From: Rubeoparvulum massiliense
Lineage (GTDB): Bacteria; Bacillota; Bacilli; Rubeoparvulales; Rubeoparvulaceae
Direction of reading: 5' to 3'
Assembly (NCBI RefSeq): GCF_001049895.1
Contig: NZ_CVPE01000006.1
Location: forward strand, 374,957-406,956
Length of the DNA stretch: 32,000 nt
Part shown: in pieces, positions 28,732 through 32,000 of the stretch
Numbering within the stretch: the first letter of the stretch is position 1
How the letters are laid out: each line of letters opens with the position of its first letter
Position numbers and translations under genes: made by a program
The notes under the pieces: generated by a model
Seen by the model: the letters and a program-made list of their open reading frames with translations, nothing else
What the model was told of the DNA's origin: nothing
Databases searched by the model: none

Positions 28732-29854
28732 ATTTACTCTCTCCATCGGCGAGTAGGATGTGAGCTACCTCTGGACGAGAAAAGGTTTGGGGTAGCTCCT
28801 TTTTTTCCTTTAGCAGTTGGCGAACAGCAGTTCCTGATAATATGTGATGATGGCGAGAGTCATGGGGACAGGTCTTTGAAGTGGCCATTTGCCCACAGCT
28901 TTGACAAAAGAAACTGGCTTCAAAGCAAAGAGGGATAATCCCCAGCTCTTTTTCATATTCTTGGAGCAAGCGATGGGCAGCATAGGGATCATAATAATCA
29001 CCAACACCAGCATGGTCACGTCCTACAATCAAATGGGTGCAGCCATAGTTTTTTCGAGCTAGTGCGTGGAGCATCGCTTCACGGGGCCCTGCATAATGCA
29101 TATTGGCAGGAAAGAGAGAGAGAATGATACGCTCCTGTGGAAAGTAGTGCTCCACCATGGTTTCATAGCATTTCATGCGAATGGAGGCAGGTAGATCATC
29201 CGCTTTCGTCTCTCCAACAAGGGGATGAAGAAGTAATCCATCCACTGATTCTAATGCTACCTTCATCAGATATTCATGAGCACGATGAATAGGATTACGT
29301 GTTTGGAAGGCAACCATCGTTCGCCAATTTCGTTCCGCTTTCATCTCCTGAATCTCTGAAGGTGTGAAGTGATAGCCTGAAAAAGCATGTAGCATAGGCC
29401 GCCTTAATAATATGATGGATCCACCAATGTACAGCTCTGGCTGCTGGAAAAGTCTTTTTACACCAGGATGCTTCACATCAGTAGTGCCGTAGACTCGTTC
29501 CGCCTCACGCATTTTATTGGGGCGGTATTTTTCTTCTAATTGAAGAATAGCATAGACCTTCCCATTTTCATCAGCAATGGCGATGGGCTCTCCCACTTCT
29601 AGCCATTCGCCTAGCTCTGTAGTAATAGGCAATGTGATCGGAATCGGCCAGAGCTGACCATCTGCTAAACGCAGTTCCTCCACAACGGATTCGTAATCTT
29701 GTTGGTTCAAAAACCCAGTTAAGGGAGAGAATACGCCGGTTGCAATACACTCTAGCTCAACGAGCGTCCACCGCTTGACACGAAGCATCTTAAGATATGG
29801 AACCTGTTGATACCAATGCCATTGCTCCTCCTTTGATGCAATCCAATTACTCAA
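28628..29854 (-). CDS. sat: Sulfate adenylyltransferase (ATP sulfurylase)
   Basis: VAFQTRNPIHRAHEYLMKVAL, LIVGRDHAGVGDYYDPY, and CEASFFCQSCGQMATSKTCPH. Start inferred as TTG 29854 after AAAGGAGGT; the track starts at 30025. Confidence 0.92.
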   Translation of the reverse strand: MSNWIASKEEQWHWYQQVPYLKMLRVKRWTLVELECIATGVFSPLTGFLNQQDYESVVEELRLADGQLWPIPITLPITTELGEWLEVGEPIAIADENGKVYAILQLEEKYRPNKMREAERVYGTTDVKHPGVKRLFQQPELYIGGSIILLRRPMLHAFSGYHFTPSEIQEMKAERNWRTMVAFQTRNPIHRAHEYLMKVALESVDGLLLHPLVGETKADDLPASIRMKCYETMVEHYFPQERIILSLFPANMHYAGPREAMLHALARKNYGCTHLIVGRDHAGVGDYYDPYAAHRLLQEYEKELGIIPLCFEASFFCQSCGQMATSKTCPHDSRHHHILSGTAVRQLLKEKKELPQTFSRPEVAHILLADGESKFKQDSQCNSELESSPLQHGKSVDQDENCHQEIHG

Positions 29855-29873
29855 TAAGTGCTTACCTCCTTTC

Positions 29874-30569
29874 CTAACCATGACCGTGTAACCCACATTC
29901 CGTCTTCTCATAGCCTGACCAGCGCCCTGCACGCAGATCCTCTCCTGCCTTAACTGGCCTAGTACAAAAAGAACAACCGATGCTAGGATAACCTTGGTCA
30001 TGTAGCTGATGATATGGTAGGTCATGTTCTTTAATGTAGTTCCATAGTTGTGTTGTACTCCAGTCTGCCAATGGGTTTAACTTTACAAGCTGGAAGTTAG
30101 CATCCCACTCGATCTTCTTCGCATGACGTCGCGTCGGCGCTTGCTCACGTCGAATCCCTGTTATCCATGCTTTTTGATCAGCCAAATAGTTGCGCAGGGG
30201 TATTACCTTCCGTAGTGTACAGCATAGATTGGGATCATGTTCCCATAAGCGCTCACCATACTGTAACGCCTGTTCCTCCAAAGAGAGGGTAGAGGATAGG
30301 GTGATTAAAGAACGCCCAAGTCTTTCTTCCCATGCTTTTTTTAACACATGTGTCTCTTGAAAATGTAAACCTGTATCGAGGAAGAATATCGGAATCGTGG
30401 CTTCTAGTTGTGCGAGCATATGTAGAATCACCACATCCTCAGCGCCGAGACTATTCGCGCAGACTAAACCATCCTTAAAATGCTCCAATCCCCATTGAAT
30501 AACCTCTTCAGCGAGGAACTCTTCTACCCCCTTCTCGATGAGTTGATCAAACATAACCTCAGACATCAT
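29874..30569 (-). CDS. cysH: Phosphoadenylyl-/adenylyl-sulfate reductase
   Basis: ANSLGAEDVVILHML, LDTGLHFQETH, CCTLRKV, GIRREQAPTR, and CSFCTRPV...ECGLH. The CC...CxxC cysteine set suggests the Fe-S (APS reductase) type. Confidence 0.92.
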   Translation of the reverse strand: MMSEVMFDQLIEKGVEEFLAEEVIQWGLEHFKDGLVCANSLGAEDVVILHMLAQLEATIPIFFLDTGLHFQETHVLKKAWEERLGRSLITLSSTLSLEEQALQYGERLWEHDPNLCCTLRKVIPLRNYLADQKAWITGIRREQAPTRRHAKKIEWDANFQLVKLNPLADWSTTQLWNYIKEHDLPYHQLHDQGYPSIGCSFCTRPVKAGEDLRAGRWSGYEKTECGLHGHG

Positions 30570-30658
30570 GAGACTCTCTCCTTTCATTCAATACACTCTA
30601 TGCAAGCTAGGCACTTGTGGTCACCAGATTCCAGTTAACAGAAATAAGCAAAATAAAA

Positions 30659-30677
30659 AAGCTGCTTAAAGCAGCTT
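30659..30677 (-). terminator. Rho-independent terminator of the lipid kinase gene
   Basis: Minus strand: AAGCTGCTTTAAGCAGCTT followed by TTTTATTTT. Confidence 0.8.
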
Positions 30678-30716
30678 GTAAAATCAACTAAAAAATGCTT
30701 CATTGAATCAATTAAA

Positions 30717-31664
30717 TCAGTTCAATGTCATTGAAACTCTCTCTTCTTCATGCTGATGGAATGCATAAGCAAGTGATCGAGGACGTACCACTGTTAAAGC
30801 ATTGCTTATACACTGGATATGAACAGCCTTACCATGTTTCACTTCACCATCGAGATGAAATACTTGCTCTTCAACTGATCGAATGTTGATAAGCTTACCG
30901 CGTAGATGGGAGACATAGGCAGTCAACTCAGTATGGGTTCCTTTATACACCTTGGGAAAAAAGAAGAGTAATTTCCATCTGGGGAGATCATGAATGATAC
31001 AGAGATCTAACTCCCCATCATTAACCCGTGCTTGCGGGTTGATCATCATGCCACCACCCATAAAGGGATGATTGGAGACCGAGATGAACCAAGCATTGTG
31101 AATACGCACCTTTCTACCATCGATCTCGATTTCATACTCTCCTGGATGATATTTATAAATCGCCTGAAAAACTGCGATCAAATAAGAAAAGCGCCGTAAC
31201 CATTTCTTCCATGGGGCACGATTAGCACACTGAACCACATAAGCATCGAAGCCCATCCCAAGCATGGAAGCAAAATGTCCTTGATCAGATAGACCAATAT
31301 CAATCTTCTCCTCAAATGGATCATGGAGTAGTCCATCGATTAACCGCAATGGTTGATGATTGACACCAAGACCACGGGCAAAATCATTCCCTGAGCCTGC
31401 GGGGATCACAGCGAGAGGAATCGTGTATCCTGCACTGGCGATGGTCTCTACCACCTCCTGAATCGTTCCATCTCCCCCTAGAATCACAAGTAACTGAGCC
31501 TGTTGGCTCACAGCCTCGTGAACCAACTCCACCGTATGCTTAGGATATTGGGAAATTCCGTAGGAATAGGGGATCTTCTCATCCTGCAAATAGTGCTCAA
31601 GCTCTTGCCATACTCGGATACCTCTACGTCCTCCTGAGATGGGATTGATGATAAAGTAGATCAT
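30717..31664 (-). CDS. Diacylglycerol/lipid kinase family protein (DagK/YegS-like)
   Basis: IINPISGGRRG, LLVILGGDGTIQEVV, and VIPAGSGNDFARGLG. ATG 31664 follows AGAGGAGT; the track starts at 31709. Confidence 0.92.
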   Translation of the reverse strand: MIYFIINPISGGRRGIRVWQELEHYLQDEKIPYSYGISQYPKHTVELVHEAVSQQAQLLVILGGDGTIQEVVETIASAGYTIPLAVIPAGSGNDFARGLGVNHQPLRLIDGLLHDPFEEKIDIGLSDQGHFASMLGMGFDAYVVQCANRAPWKKWLRRFSYLIAVFQAIYKYHPGEYEIEIDGRKVRIHNAWFISVSNHPFMGGGMMINPQARVNDGELDLCIIHDLPRWKLLFFFPKVYKGTHTELTAYVSHLRGKLINIRSVEEQVFHLDGEVKHGKAVHIQCISNALTVVRPRSLAYAFHQHEEERVSMTLN

Positions 31665-31717
31665 CTTGGTGTACTCCTCTCGTTTGCACAGCCTCTGAAT
31701 AAGCTCCAAGGGGAAAA

Positions 31718-32000
31718 TTACCGCGTTTGAATGAAGGAATCATCCAATCCTTCAAATTCTTCATCCTCAATCAAACGAATTGAGGCACCTAACTGCTGAA
31801 AGGTTGGAATAATCTCTGCATATCCTCGTTCAATGTGCTCGACGCCGAAGATGCGAGATGTTCCCTCTGCCATACAGGCAGCGATCATAAAGAGCATGCC
31901 CCCTCGTAAATCATAGGCTGTCACATCCCCACCTGTGAGAGGATGCCCACCCTGAATATACGCAGTTCCATTACGATGTAATACCTTTGCTCCCATATTT
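31718..32000 (-). CDS. murA: UDP-N-acetylglucosamine 1-carboxyvinyltransferase, C-terminal part (gene continues past the window)
   Basis: QGGHPLTGGDVTAYDLRGGMLFMIAACMAEGTSRIFGVEHIERGY is the MurA C-terminal signature. Confidence 0.85.
   Translation of the reverse strand, partial: NMGAKVLHRNGTAYIQGGHPLTGGDVTAYDLRGGMLFMIAACMAEGTSRIFGVEHIERGYAEIIPTFQQLGASIRLIEDEEFEGLDDSFIQTR

Overview
This 32 kb window is chromosomal DNA from a spore-forming Firmicute. Evidence for sporulation comes from a GerA-family germinant receptor subunit, a Spo0E-like protein and a YaaH-like GH18 protein with SLH repeats. Most of the window is ordinary housekeeping or accessory content: ppaC, a YgjP-like metallopeptidase, exoA, a DedA protein, a DJ-1/PfpI protein, proline dehydrogenase, three MFS transporters (two are tandem paralogs), a leuS/DUF896 pair with a clear T-box leader, an acyltransferase-3 protein, an ABC (NatAB-like) pair, dapF, a matrixin-like protease with a lipoprotein, speD, sat and cysH, a DagK/YegS-like lipid kinase, and the 3' part of a murA-type gene. 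I found no CRISPR array, rRNA or convincing tRNA, and no clearly novel defence or biosynthetic system. The best second-look items are: (i) terminator/antiterminator-like leaders before the two tandem MFS genes, one with a 26-codon upstream ORF spanning the terminator; (ii) a perfect 12-bp hairpin that sequesters the ribosome-binding site of the GH18-SLH gene; (iii) a gene decayed by an apparent internal deletion plus frame change at 4.5-5.3 kb; (iv) a degraded IS21-type istA fragment; and (v) a 104-bp convergent overlap of sat with the GH18-SLH gene.
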